From Vulcanimicrobiota bacterium (GTDB taxonomy: Bacteria > Vulcanimicrobiota > Vulcanimicrobiia > Vulcanimicrobiales > Vulcanimicrobiaceae), in the NCBI GenBank assembly GCA_003164495.1, contig PLTN01000229.1, positions 17,763 through 81,762 on the forward strand: 64,000 bases of DNA, in the 5' to 3' direction. The position numbers and the translations under genes are program-made. Positions 36,192 through 43,574 of the stretch are shown here, one piece after another. Numbering within the stretch: position 1 is the first letter of the stretch; each line of letters starts with the position of its first letter. Under the pieces are notes generated by a model. It was not told the origin of the DNA. It saw nothing but the letters and a program-made list of their open reading frames with translations, and ran no database searches.

Positions 36192-36193
36192 CT
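36182..36193. promoter_or_regulatory. perfect 12-bp palindrome AGTGTATACACT, candidate GntR/FadR-type operator
   Basis: Overlaps the putative -10. Core GT-N-AC symmetry fits the general GntR-family operator pattern. A GntR gene lies in the downstream operon (38628..39320). Confidence 0.4.
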
Positions 36194-36267
36194 TACCGTA
36201 TCGCTATTTGCACCCCTCCCCAACAGCGTACGAGTCGCCGCCGGCCACGGGCCGGCCTCTTTTAGGT

Positions 36268-36954
36268 ATGGGGGCAGTGATCGTAACGGGCGGCGCGGGT
36301 GGATTGGGCACGGCGATCGTCGCCGACCTGCGCGCCGCCGGCCGCACGGTTGCGTCGTTCGACCGCGTTTCCGCGCCCGGTTCATCCGTCTCGTTTCAGC
36401 TCGACGTCGCCGATGAATCGGCGGTCGGCGCCCGCGTGGCCGAGGTCGCCGAGCGCTACGGCGGCATCGACGCGCTGATCTGCGCGGCCGGTAGCGTTGC
36501 GGAAAGCCCGGTCGCCGAGATGCCGCTCGACGCGTGGCGCCGCGTGATCGACGCGTCGCTGACCGGCACGTTCGTCGCCGCGCGCGCCGTGCTGCCGGCG
36601 ATGATTTCGGCCGCGCGCGGCAGCATCGTCGCCTTTTCTTCGGGCTACGCGTCGAGCGGCTACCGCAACGGCGCGAACTACGCGGCGGCCAAAGCGGGTG
36701 TCGAGGCGCTGATGAAATCCGTCGCGCTCGAAAACGCTCAATACGGCATCCGTGCCAACAGCGTTGCGCCCGGTCCGGTCGACACGCCGATGCTCACACC
36801 GGAGCGTGCCGCCTTCATCGGCCCGCGCATTCCGTTGGGCCGCGTGGGCACGCCGGCCGACATCGTCGGCATCGTCCGTTTTTTGATCGGCGATGAAAGC
36901 GCGTACATCACGGGACAAACGATTCAAGTCAACGGGGGCCTTTTAATGCCATGA
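36268..36954 (+). CDS. SDR (FabG-like)
   Basis: ORF 36208..36954; ATG at 36268 (MGAVIVTGGAGGLGTAIV). Catalytic YAAAKAG. C-terminal ITGQTIQVNGGLLMP. Confidence 0.85.
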   Translation: MGAVIVTGGAGGLGTAIVADLRAAGRTVASFDRVSAPGSSVSFQLDVADESAVGARVAEVAERYGGIDALICAAGSVAESPVAEMPLDAWRRVIDASLTGTFVAARAVLPAMISAARGSIVAFSSGYASSGYRNGANYAAAKAGVEALMKSVALENAQYGIRANSVAPGPVDTPMLTPERAAFIGPRIPLGRVGTPADIVGIVRFLIGDESAYITGQTIQVNGGLLMP

Positions 36955-38135
36955 ATACTCGAGCAGCGTCCGTGCCGCCCTGGGCACCGAAGATCGATCC
37001 GTCACGCTGGGTCGACAACCGCGTCTACACCGATCCGCAGGTCTATGCGCGTGAGACCGAGCGCATCTTCATGCAGACCTGGCTCTTTGCCGGCCACGAG
37101 AGTGAAGTCCGCAACGCCGGTGATTACGTGACGCTGAGCCTGCTCGAGCAACCGTTGATCATCGTGCGCGGCACCGACAACGTGGTGCGCGCGTTCTACA
37201 ACACGTGCCGGCATCGCGGTTCGCGCGTTCTGCTCGAAGACTGCGGTCATGCCGCCGCCTTGCGGTGTCCGTATCACTTCTGGTCCTACGACCTCAGCGG
37301 CAACCTCATCGGCGTGCCCGGCGAAGAAGCCTATGACGGCAGCGGCTTCGTCAAGGAAGAGAACCCGCTGGTCGCCGTGCGCTGCGAGGTGGAACTGGGC
37401 CTCGTGTTCGTGTGCTTCAACGAGCAGGCTCCGCCGTTACGTGACTACCTCGGACCGAAGGTGATCGAGACGCTCTCGACGCCGCTGGCCAACGCGCAGT
37501 TCGAAGTCGTGAAATACAAGGGCTACGATCTGCCGATCAACTGGAAAGTCTTCGCCGAGAACGCGCGCGATGGTTATCACGTGCCGTTCGTGCACCCGTT
37601 CTTCCGCAAAGCGAGTCCGCCGGGCCCGTATTTCCTGTTCGACAACGGTCATGCCGTGCAGACCCTCGGCATGGATCCGAGCGGCATCGAGCCCGACTTG
37701 TGGGTACGCTTGCAAGAGCACACCTTGCCCGGCGTCCAGACCGGTGACGGCTACATCGTCACGCTCTTTCCCGATGCGACGATTACGCTGCGCTCGAACG
37801 TCATCTCGATCGACTCGCAACGCGCGCTCGGCCCGAAGAAGGTGCGCATGGAGAGCCGCGTGCTCGGACTCACCGGCGACACCGAGGAGGTACGCGACGT
37901 GCGCGCGCTCGGTCACGCGACGTGGTTCCTCAATCCGGTCGAGCTCGAGGATGCCCCGATCTTCGTCGGTCAGCAAGAAGGCGTGGCGGCGCACGGCGTT
38001 CGCTACAGCGTGATCGCGCGCGGCACCGACGCGACGACGGGCACGCGCGGCGACGACAACCGGTTGCGGCAGTGGTGGGCGGCGTGGCGGCACTACATGG
38101 GCGTCGAACTCAACTCACTGGAAGGCGAAGCGTGA
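36951..38135 (+). CDS. Rieske (2Fe-2S) oxygenase alpha subunit (aromatic-ring-hydroxylating / GbcA-Stc2-like class)
   Basis: 394 aa. ATG overlaps the SDR stop (ATGA). Rieske motif CRHRGSRVLLEDCGHAAALRCPYHFW. Iron site region ENARDGYHVPFVH. Confidence 0.85.
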   Translation: MNTRAASVPPWAPKIDPSRWVDNRVYTDPQVYARETERIFMQTWLFAGHESEVRNAGDYVTLSLLEQPLIIVRGTDNVVRAFYNTCRHRGSRVLLEDCGHAAALRCPYHFWSYDLSGNLIGVPGEEAYDGSGFVKEENPLVAVRCEVELGLVFVCFNEQAPPLRDYLGPKVIETLSTPLANAQFEVVKYKGYDLPINWKVFAENARDGYHVPFVHPFFRKASPPGPYFLFDNGHAVQTLGMDPSGIEPDLWVRLQEHTLPGVQTGDGYIVTLFPDATITLRSNVISIDSQRALGPKKVRMESRVLGLTGDTEEVRDVRALGHATWFLNPVELEDAPIFVGQQEGVAAHGVRYSVIARGTDATTGTRGDDNRLRQWWAAWRHYMGVELNSLEGEA

Positions 38136-38641
38136 CCAAAACGCTTGCACGGGCCGAGCTGCTGGCCGGTCAGCAGTTTACGTGGTGCGAACGGACGCCG
38201 CTGCAGCGCGCGATGATCGATCGCGCCGAAGCGCTGCTTGCGGCCGCCTTGCAATCCACCGATCCGGCCGCGCGCGTCCTGCGCGAGCCCGACCTGCTGC
38301 TCACGGCGCAGGCCGTCGTCATTCCGGATCTGGCCGTCTTTTGCGGGCCGACCTGGTCGGGTCCCACGCTCGTCGTCGAGTACCGCGCTGAGTCCACCGA
38401 CCGGCTCTTTTACGGGCCGAAACGCCTGGCGTATGCGCGAGCCCGCGTTCCAGAAGTGTGGTTCGTCGATGCGACGAAGGAAACGCTCACCGCGTTGCGC
38501 CTGACGGATGCGCTCGATTATCCGTGGCCTGCGCCCTCGTTCGGCCGTGACGAGATCGTCCGTTCGAGCGCGATTCCCGGTCTCACCATGGTCGTCCGGG
38601 ATTTCTTGCACAGGGGAGACGACTTGCATGCAGACCGCTAA
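38132..38641 (+). CDS. Uma2 family (DUF820) putative restriction-endonuclease-like protein
   Basis: ORF 37922..38641; GTG at 38132 overlaps the Rieske stop (GTGA). 169 aa. VIPDLAVFCGP...PTLVVEYRAESTDRLFYGPKRLAYARARVPEVWFVDATKETL fits the Uma2 PD-(D/E)xK pattern (PD...E-x-K/R...Y...GV.EYW.vD). Confidence 0.65.
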   Translation: MTKTLARAELLAGQQFTWCERTPLQRAMIDRAEALLAAALQSTDPAARVLREPDLLLTAQAVVIPDLAVFCGPTWSGPTLVVEYRAESTDRLFYGPKRLAYARARVPEVWFVDATKETLTALRLTDALDYPWPAPSFGRDEIVRSSAIPGLTMVVRDFLHRGDDLHADR

Positions 38642-39320
38642 TCCGCTCGATGCGCTCAAGATCGAGCGCGGATTGCTCGAGCGTCAGACGGCGGCCGGGT
38701 ACGTCGCCGACTCCCTGCGCGCCGCCATTCAGACCGGAGCGCTCAGCGACGGCATGGAGCTCAACCAAGTTGCGCTGGCCGAGCACTTCGGGATCTCGCG
38801 CGTTCCGATTCGCGAAGCACTGCGCGCGCTCGAAGGTGAGGGCTGGATTACCGCCACGCCGCATCGCCGAGCCGTCGTGCAGGCCGTCAGTCCCGCGCGG
38901 ATCCAGGAGACGTTCGAGATTCGCGCGCTGCTCGAAACACATCTGATCGAGAAAGTCATCGCGCGCATCAGCGACGAGCAGATCGCGAAGTTGAAGAAGG
39001 CGTGCGATCGGATGGATCAGATCGCCGACCACCAGAAGTGGGTTGCCGCCAACGCCGATTTTCATCACGAACTGCTCGAGTCGGCCGGATCGCCGATGGC
39101 CCTCGAACTCGCCATCCAATTGAGTTCGCAGGTCGAGCGTTATCTGCGCCTCTCCGGAGAAACCGTGATCCGCGAGAGCGAAGCCGGGCGCGAACATCGC
39201 GACATCGTCGCCGCCGTCGCCGCGTGCGACGTCGAAGCCGCCCGCCGTCTCATCCGTACCCACATCGAACATACCCGGGGACGCGTCGTGGACGCGATCA
39301 GCGAAGAGGAGAAGCCCTAA
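38628..39320 (+). CDS. GntR family transcriptional regulator (FadR/FCD subfamily)
   Basis: ORF 38508..39320; ATG at 38628 with GGGGAG 9 nt upstream, overlapping the Uma2 3' end by 14 nt. HTH NQVALAEHFGISRVPIREALRALEGEGWI, followed by a helical FCD-like domain. Confidence 0.85.
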   Translation: MQTANPLDALKIERGLLERQTAAGYVADSLRAAIQTGALSDGMELNQVALAEHFGISRVPIREALRALEGEGWITATPHRRAVVQAVSPARIQETFEIRALLETHLIEKVIARISDEQIAKLKKACDRMDQIADHQKWVAANADFHHELLESAGSPMALELAIQLSSQVERYLRLSGETVIRESEAGREHRDIVAAVAACDVEAARRLIRTHIEHTRGRVVDAISEEEKP

Positions 39321-40372
39321 TGGCCTTACCGTACAAACGTCACGAAGTCAAAGAGCGCTCGCGTGCGCACTGGCACGGCGCGTGCAACGTCACGCTGCCG
39401 TCGTTCACCTCCACGTTCGATGGACTCAACCCGCGCGCGATCGAACACGATATCAAGCACGGCGCGGCGATGGGGTTCTGGGGCACGCTCGTCGCGGCCG
39501 AGTGCGGCACGACGTTCGATGAATACCTGACGTTCATGGAGCTGTCGGCTGCGGCGGCACCCAAGGGCTTCAACCTCGTCACGCATCTCAGCAACGATAC
39601 GACCGAGCAGATGATCGCAACGGCCAAAGCGGCCGAAGCGCTGGGCTACGAAGCGGCGCTCGTCTCGTATCCGCCGTCGTTCCGGCCGAAGACGGCCGCC
39701 GACATCGTCGAGTTCACCAAACACATCTCGGAGAGCACCGATCTCGCGCTGATCCTCTTCGCCGTGCCGACGTGGGGCTTCGGCTCGCTGCATCCGAGTA
39801 AGTTTCCGCCCGAAGCGATTGCCGCGATGGCGAAGTTCGAAACGGCCGCGGCCGTCAAGTACGAAGCGAACGCACCCGCGACGACGACCGGCATCGCCGA
39901 TCTGCTGCGGCGCTGCAAGAACGACGTCATCATCGAGGTGCCGCTCGAGCAGTACGCGCCGGGCCTCATCGATTGGTACGGCATGCAGTGGATCGGCACG
40001 AGCGCCTACGACTCGTTCGGCGACCGCGTGCCGCGCTGGTTCAAACTGCTGACCGACGGCAAGTGGGACGAAGGCATGGAACTCTACTGGAGCTATCAGC
40101 CGGCGCGCGAAGCGAAGGGCGCGTTCCACGCAACGTTCGGCGGCGCGAACCTGATCCACCGCGTCGGTTGGAAATACTTGAGCTGGCTGCACGGTTACAG
40201 CGGCGGCTTGCTGCGCATGCCGCAGATGCGTTTGCTGCCCAATCAGATGGGCGCGCTGCGCACCGGTCTCGTGCGCTCCGGGTTCAAGCTGCCGGAGACC
40301 GACGACGCGTTCTTCGCCGGACGCTTTCCGCTTGAATCGGCCGAACTCGTCACCGCCGGGCGTTCTGCGTGA
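39320..40372 (+). CDS. dihydrodipicolinate synthase/N-acetylneuraminate lyase family (class I aldolase) protein
   Basis: ORF 39002..40372; ATG at 39320 shares one nt with the GntR stop (TAATG). 350 aa. DHDPS-like layout (HDIKHGAAMGFWGTLVAAECGT, ALVSYPPSF, candidate Schiff-base Lys in AAAVKYEA). Longer than canonical DapA. Confidence 0.55.
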   Translation: MALPYKRHEVKERSRAHWHGACNVTLPSFTSTFDGLNPRAIEHDIKHGAAMGFWGTLVAAECGTTFDEYLTFMELSAAAAPKGFNLVTHLSNDTTEQMIATAKAAEALGYEAALVSYPPSFRPKTAADIVEFTKHISESTDLALILFAVPTWGFGSLHPSKFPPEAIAAMAKFETAAAVKYEANAPATTTGIADLLRRCKNDVIIEVPLEQYAPGLIDWYGMQWIGTSAYDSFGDRVPRWFKLLTDGKWDEGMELYWSYQPAREAKGAFHATFGGANLIHRVGWKYLSWLHGYSGGLLRMPQMRLLPNQMGALRTGLVRSGFKLPETDDAFFAGRFPLESAELVTAGRSA

Positions 40373-41376
40373 CGCTGTTCTACGACGGGGCATTCTTCGA
40401 GAAGAGCATCTCGGCCGACGTTGCGATCCGCGCGGTGGCGGCCGGTTTCGACGCCGAGGCCGACGGCAAGACGCAACTGCCGCCGCGCATCGACACCCCG
40501 ACCGGCAGCGGCTTCATCCGCGTGATGCCGGCCGTGCTCGACGACGTGATGGGCCTGAAGGTCATGACGCTCGTCGAAGGCTTGGGCAACCGCTACTTGG
40601 TGCTGCTCTACGACGTGAAGACGGGCGGATTGCTCGCGCTCTTCGACGCGGATGAACTCACCCGCGTGCGCACGGCAGCGGTGACCGCGCTCGCCGGCAT
40701 CGCGATGGTAAAAGCACCGCCGACGTCGCTCGGCCTGATCGGCACAGGCTTCGAGGCGGTCGGCCACCTGCGGATGCTCGCCGGCGTCTGGCCGCTGAAG
40801 AACGTCACGGTGTTCAGCCCGCACGCTGAGCGCCGCGCGCGCTTTGCCGATGCGATGTCGCACGAACTCGGCATCACCGTTACCGCGACCGGGAGTTCGG
40901 GCGAGGCGCTGCGCGGTCAGCCCGTCGTCGTGCTGGCGACCAAGGCGAAAGCCCCGGTCATCGACGGCAAGGATCTCGCCGCCGGATGCGTCGTGCTCTC
41001 GATCGGATCGACGCGGCTGGACTTGCGCGAACTCGACCACGCGGCGGTCGCGCGCGCTACGGTCGTCGTGGCCGACGATCCGCAGATGGTGCAGCTCGAA
41101 TCAGCCGATATCGCGGAAACGATCGCGGCCGGCGTGCTCGATCCCGCGCGCATCGTCGCGCTCTCGAAAGCCCGGCGCGACGGGATCCCCGCTCATGCCG
41201 GCGGCGACGTCGCGATCTTCAAATCCGTCGGCACCGCGCTTCAGGATCTCGCGCTCGCGCGCTCGATCTATCACGACGATGCCCTGCGGGCCTCGGCGGA
41301 GAGTTTGCCGGAGCTCACGCGCCTCAAACCGTTCTCCGCCAAGGCCTTCGACCTGGCCGCGTCTACGCGCGCGTAA
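40369..41376 (+). CDS. ornithine cyclodeaminase / mu-crystallin family protein
   Basis: 335 aa. GTG overlaps the previous stop (GTGA). Motifs GLKVMTLVEGL, LTRVRTAAVTALA, NAD motif LGLIGTGFEAVGHL and IFKSVGTALQDLALA. Confidence 0.8.
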   Translation: MTLFYDGAFFEKSISADVAIRAVAAGFDAEADGKTQLPPRIDTPTGSGFIRVMPAVLDDVMGLKVMTLVEGLGNRYLVLLYDVKTGGLLALFDADELTRVRTAAVTALAGIAMVKAPPTSLGLIGTGFEAVGHLRMLAGVWPLKNVTVFSPHAERRARFADAMSHELGITVTATGSSGEALRGQPVVVLATKAKAPVIDGKDLAAGCVVLSIGSTRLDLRELDHAAVARATVVVADDPQMVQLESADIAETIAAGVLDPARIVALSKARRDGIPAHAGGDVAIFKSVGTALQDLALARSIYHDDALRASAESLPELTRLKPFSAKAFDLAASTRA

Positions 41377-42271
41377 CCCGCGCCGCGACCACGTGGTCGT
41401 ACATATGCTTCCAGTCGACCAGGTCGTTGAGCAAGATCGTTCCGCGCAAGCTGGGATCGGTCGCGCCGCTCTCGATGACTTCCGCGGCGGCCTGCGCCTC
41501 GGCTTTCTGCATCGCGTTGAACTGCGCGACCCACTCGGCCTTGGTCGCGGCGCTGGGGGCGGCGATATGGTCGAGCACCCACGCTTCGAACTGGAGATAG
41601 GTCGGCTTTTCGTTGTTGATGTACGCGCTCGTCGCGACGAGGTCGAGCCCGATCGTGTCGGCGCAGCGTTTGTCGAAGCCGCAGACGACGCCGGTCTTCC
41701 ACTCGGCCGGCAGCGCGTGCACGGCCGAGAGCAGCGCCTTCATCCACATGCGCGGCAGGTGCGGAATGCCGGCGATCCCGACTTCCCCGGAGCTGACCAT
41801 TGGAACGAGCGGTTCGATGCCGTCGGCTTCGTGCGCGAGGAGTTCCTCATGCGCGGTGAGCCAGTCATCGTAGTTGATCAGCAGCGCGCTGTTTCGTACG
41901 GTCGTGTCGGTTATGCCGGTGCGCGCGCGCGTCGCGGCAGCGCCCTCTTCCGGCCGGTCGAAGGACGAGATCTTCGCGTTCAGCGCCGCGATCGACGCGG
42001 CGTCGAGTTTGGTCGCGTGTGCCCGCACGTAGTCTTCCGCTTTCGGATACGTCGGCATCGTGGCTAGGTATGCAAACCACGCGTCGGGCTCAAGGCCGAG
42101 GCCATCGCAGACTTGTTGATTGAACCCCTTATAGTTGTCGAAGTATCCCTCCCACAGCATTCCCGCTGCCGAGTAGACGCCTTTCAGCCACATCCGCGGC
42201 AAGTGCATGACGCCGAGGGGGCCGGTCACCGTCGCCCCGATTAAGGGCATGATCCGCTGCATCCGATACAT
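41363..42271 (-). CDS. protein with two tandem DUF5069-like domains
   Basis: 302 aa. ATG with GGAGGA 8 nt upstream. Internal repeat: GPLGVMHLPRMWLKGVYSAAG...GLGLEPDAWFAYL in the N-terminal half and GIAGIPHLPRMWMKALLSAVH...TIGLDLVATSAYI in the C-terminal half. The HLPRM-type motif matches my memory of DUF5069. Confidence 0.55.
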   Translation of the reverse strand: MYRMQRIMPLIGATVTGPLGVMHLPRMWLKGVYSAAGMLWEGYFDNYKGFNQQVCDGLGLEPDAWFAYLATMPTYPKAEDYVRAHATKLDAASIAALNAKISSFDRPEEGAAATRARTGITDTTVRNSALLINYDDWLTAHEELLAHEADGIEPLVPMVSSGEVGIAGIPHLPRMWMKALLSAVHALPAEWKTGVVCGFDKRCADTIGLDLVATSAYINNEKPTYLQFEAWVLDHIAAPSAATKAEWVAQFNAMQKAEAQAAAEVIESGATDPSLRGTILLNDLVDWKHMYDHVVAARVTRA

Positions 42272-42328
42272 TGTTGTTATCCTCCGGCGGCCTGCTTCGC
42301 CTCATGTGATCAAGCCCCCGCGGGGCCG

Positions 42329-42925
42329 ATGCTCACGGCACGCGAAGCGGTCGCTGAGGTAGGGGCGGCAAGGATGGAGCAAAACTCGAGCGACGCTGCC
42401 GCGAAAGCGGTCGCGTTCGCGAATGGCCTGCGAAAAAGCATTACCGCGTCGGGCCGGCGGTGGACTCAGTGGCCCGGCGGGGCGAACGATCTCGCCGTCG
42501 TTCTCGGCTGCATCGATGCGATCGCGCTGCGCCTGCAAGCCGTGCCGCCGCAGGACGGCGACGCCGAAGTCGCCGCGTGTATCGCCGATTTGCGTGCGGT
42601 TCTCGAGTGGTCCACGTATCAGTCGGCAAGCGTCGCCACGGCGCAAGCGCTGCGCGTTGCGCGCAAAACCCGCACGTTTGCCGAGCGGCTCGGCGTGCTC
42701 GACAACCCCGCCGCGCGGCTCTCGATCCTGGTCGATTCGGAAGAGTCGCTGATCGAGAACGTGCAGACGAAGAACGAATACATGCGCACGATCGCGCAAA
42801 AGCACCTGCAACTCGGTTTGCCGCAGCCCCTCGTGCGCGCCGAGAGCCTGGCGCCGAAGGCCGAAAAGAAGCCGAGCACGCTCGACTTCATTCAGCAACT
42901 GCGCAAAAACGTGAAGAAGAAGTAG
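42329..42925 (+). CDS. hypothetical protein (198 aa; alternative start ATG 42374)
   Basis: G/C-rich third positions support this frame over the antisense ORF 42302..42955. Ala-rich, predicted helical, Lys-rich tail (QQLRKNVKKK). No signal, TM segment or recognisable family. Confidence 0.5.
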   Translation: MLTAREAVAEVGAARMEQNSSDAAAKAVAFANGLRKSITASGRRWTQWPGGANDLAVVLGCIDAIALRLQAVPPQDGDAEVAACIADLRAVLEWSTYQSASVATAQALRVARKTRTFAERLGVLDNPAARLSILVDSEESLIENVQTKNEYMRTIAQKHLQLGLPQPLVRAESLAPKAEKKPSTLDFIQQLRKNVKKK

Positions 42926-42940
42926 GGCTGCGGTCGCCGG

Positions 42941-42969
42941 TTGAGTCCATACCAACTAGTTGGTATTAT
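42941..42969 (+). promoter_or_regulatory. sigma70-like promoter candidate TTGAGT-N17-TATTAT upstream of the TetR gene
   Basis: Hexamers at 42941-42946 and 42964-42969. The -10 ends 8 nt before the GTG at 42978, so the transcript would have little or no leader. Confidence 0.35.
42949..42966. promoter_or_regulatory. perfect 18-bp palindrome ATACCAACTAGTTGGTAT, candidate TetR autoregulatory operator
   Basis: ATACCAACT/AGTTGGTAT is exactly self-complementary. It sits between the putative -35 and -10, immediately upstream of the TetR coding start. Confidence 0.5.
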
Positions 42970-42977
42970 GCCGGGCA

Positions 42978-43574
42978 GTGGCTATTGATTCAAAGACCAA
43001 GCTGCTGGACGCCGCCCTACGGGTCATCCGGACCAAGGGCTACGCCGCCGCGACCGTCGACGATATCTGCCTCGCAGCCGGGGTGACGAAGGGCAGCTTC
43101 TTCCATCACTTCAGCAGCAAGGAAGACCTTGGGCTGGCTGCCGCCGCCTACTTCTCGGCCACCACCGACGCGGCGTTTGCCGCCGCACCGTATCATCGCT
43201 CTAGCGATCCGCGCGAGCGGCTGCTCGGTTACATCGATTTTCGCGCGGCGCTGTTGCGCGGCGAGCTGCCGGAATTCACGTGTCTTCTGGGTACGATGGT
43301 GCAAGACACCTACGCGACGCACCCGGCGATTCGCGATGCCTGCAACACCTACATCAGCAGCCATGCCGCCAACGTGGCAGCCGACGTGGCGCTGGCCAAG
43401 CAGCAGTATGCGCCGGACGCACCGTGGACGCCCGAAAGCCTCGCGCTCTTCACCCAAACCGTTTTGCAGGGCGCTTTCGTTCTCGCCAAAGCGCGGAACG
43501 GCCCCAAGATCGCGGCCGAGAGCCTCACGCACTTGCGCCGCTACATCGAAGATCAACTTCCGGAGGCTGTTTAG
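42978..43574 (+). CDS. TetR/AcrR family transcriptional regulator
   Basis: ORF 42960..43574. GTG at 42978 is preferred because the TTG at 42960 lies inside the palindrome/promoter. HTH KTKLLDAALRVIRTKGYAAATVDDICLAAGVTKGSFFHHFSSKEDL. Confidence 0.85.
   Translation: MAIDSKTKLLDAALRVIRTKGYAAATVDDICLAAGVTKGSFFHHFSSKEDLGLAAAAYFSATTDAAFAAAPYHRSSDPRERLLGYIDFRAALLRGELPEFTCLLGTMVQDTYATHPAIRDACNTYISSHAANVAADVALAKQQYAPDAPWTPESLALFTQTVLQGAFVLAKARNGPKIAAESLTHLRRYIEDQLPEAV

Noticed and set aside
36183-36416. 77-aa ORF starting inside the 36135..36267 control region (MYTLTVSLF...)
   Set aside because: It begins at the GTG inside the palindrome and runs out of frame into the SDR gene. It has an Arg-rich tail and no RBS. 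The real SDR start at 36268 explains the coding signal.
42314-42323. CCCCGCGGGG palindrome as a terminator hairpin
   Set aside because: A 10-nt self-complementary run with no loop cannot form a stable terminator stem-loop, and it is not followed by a U-tract. At most it is a protein-binding or restriction-type site, so it is not called as a feature.
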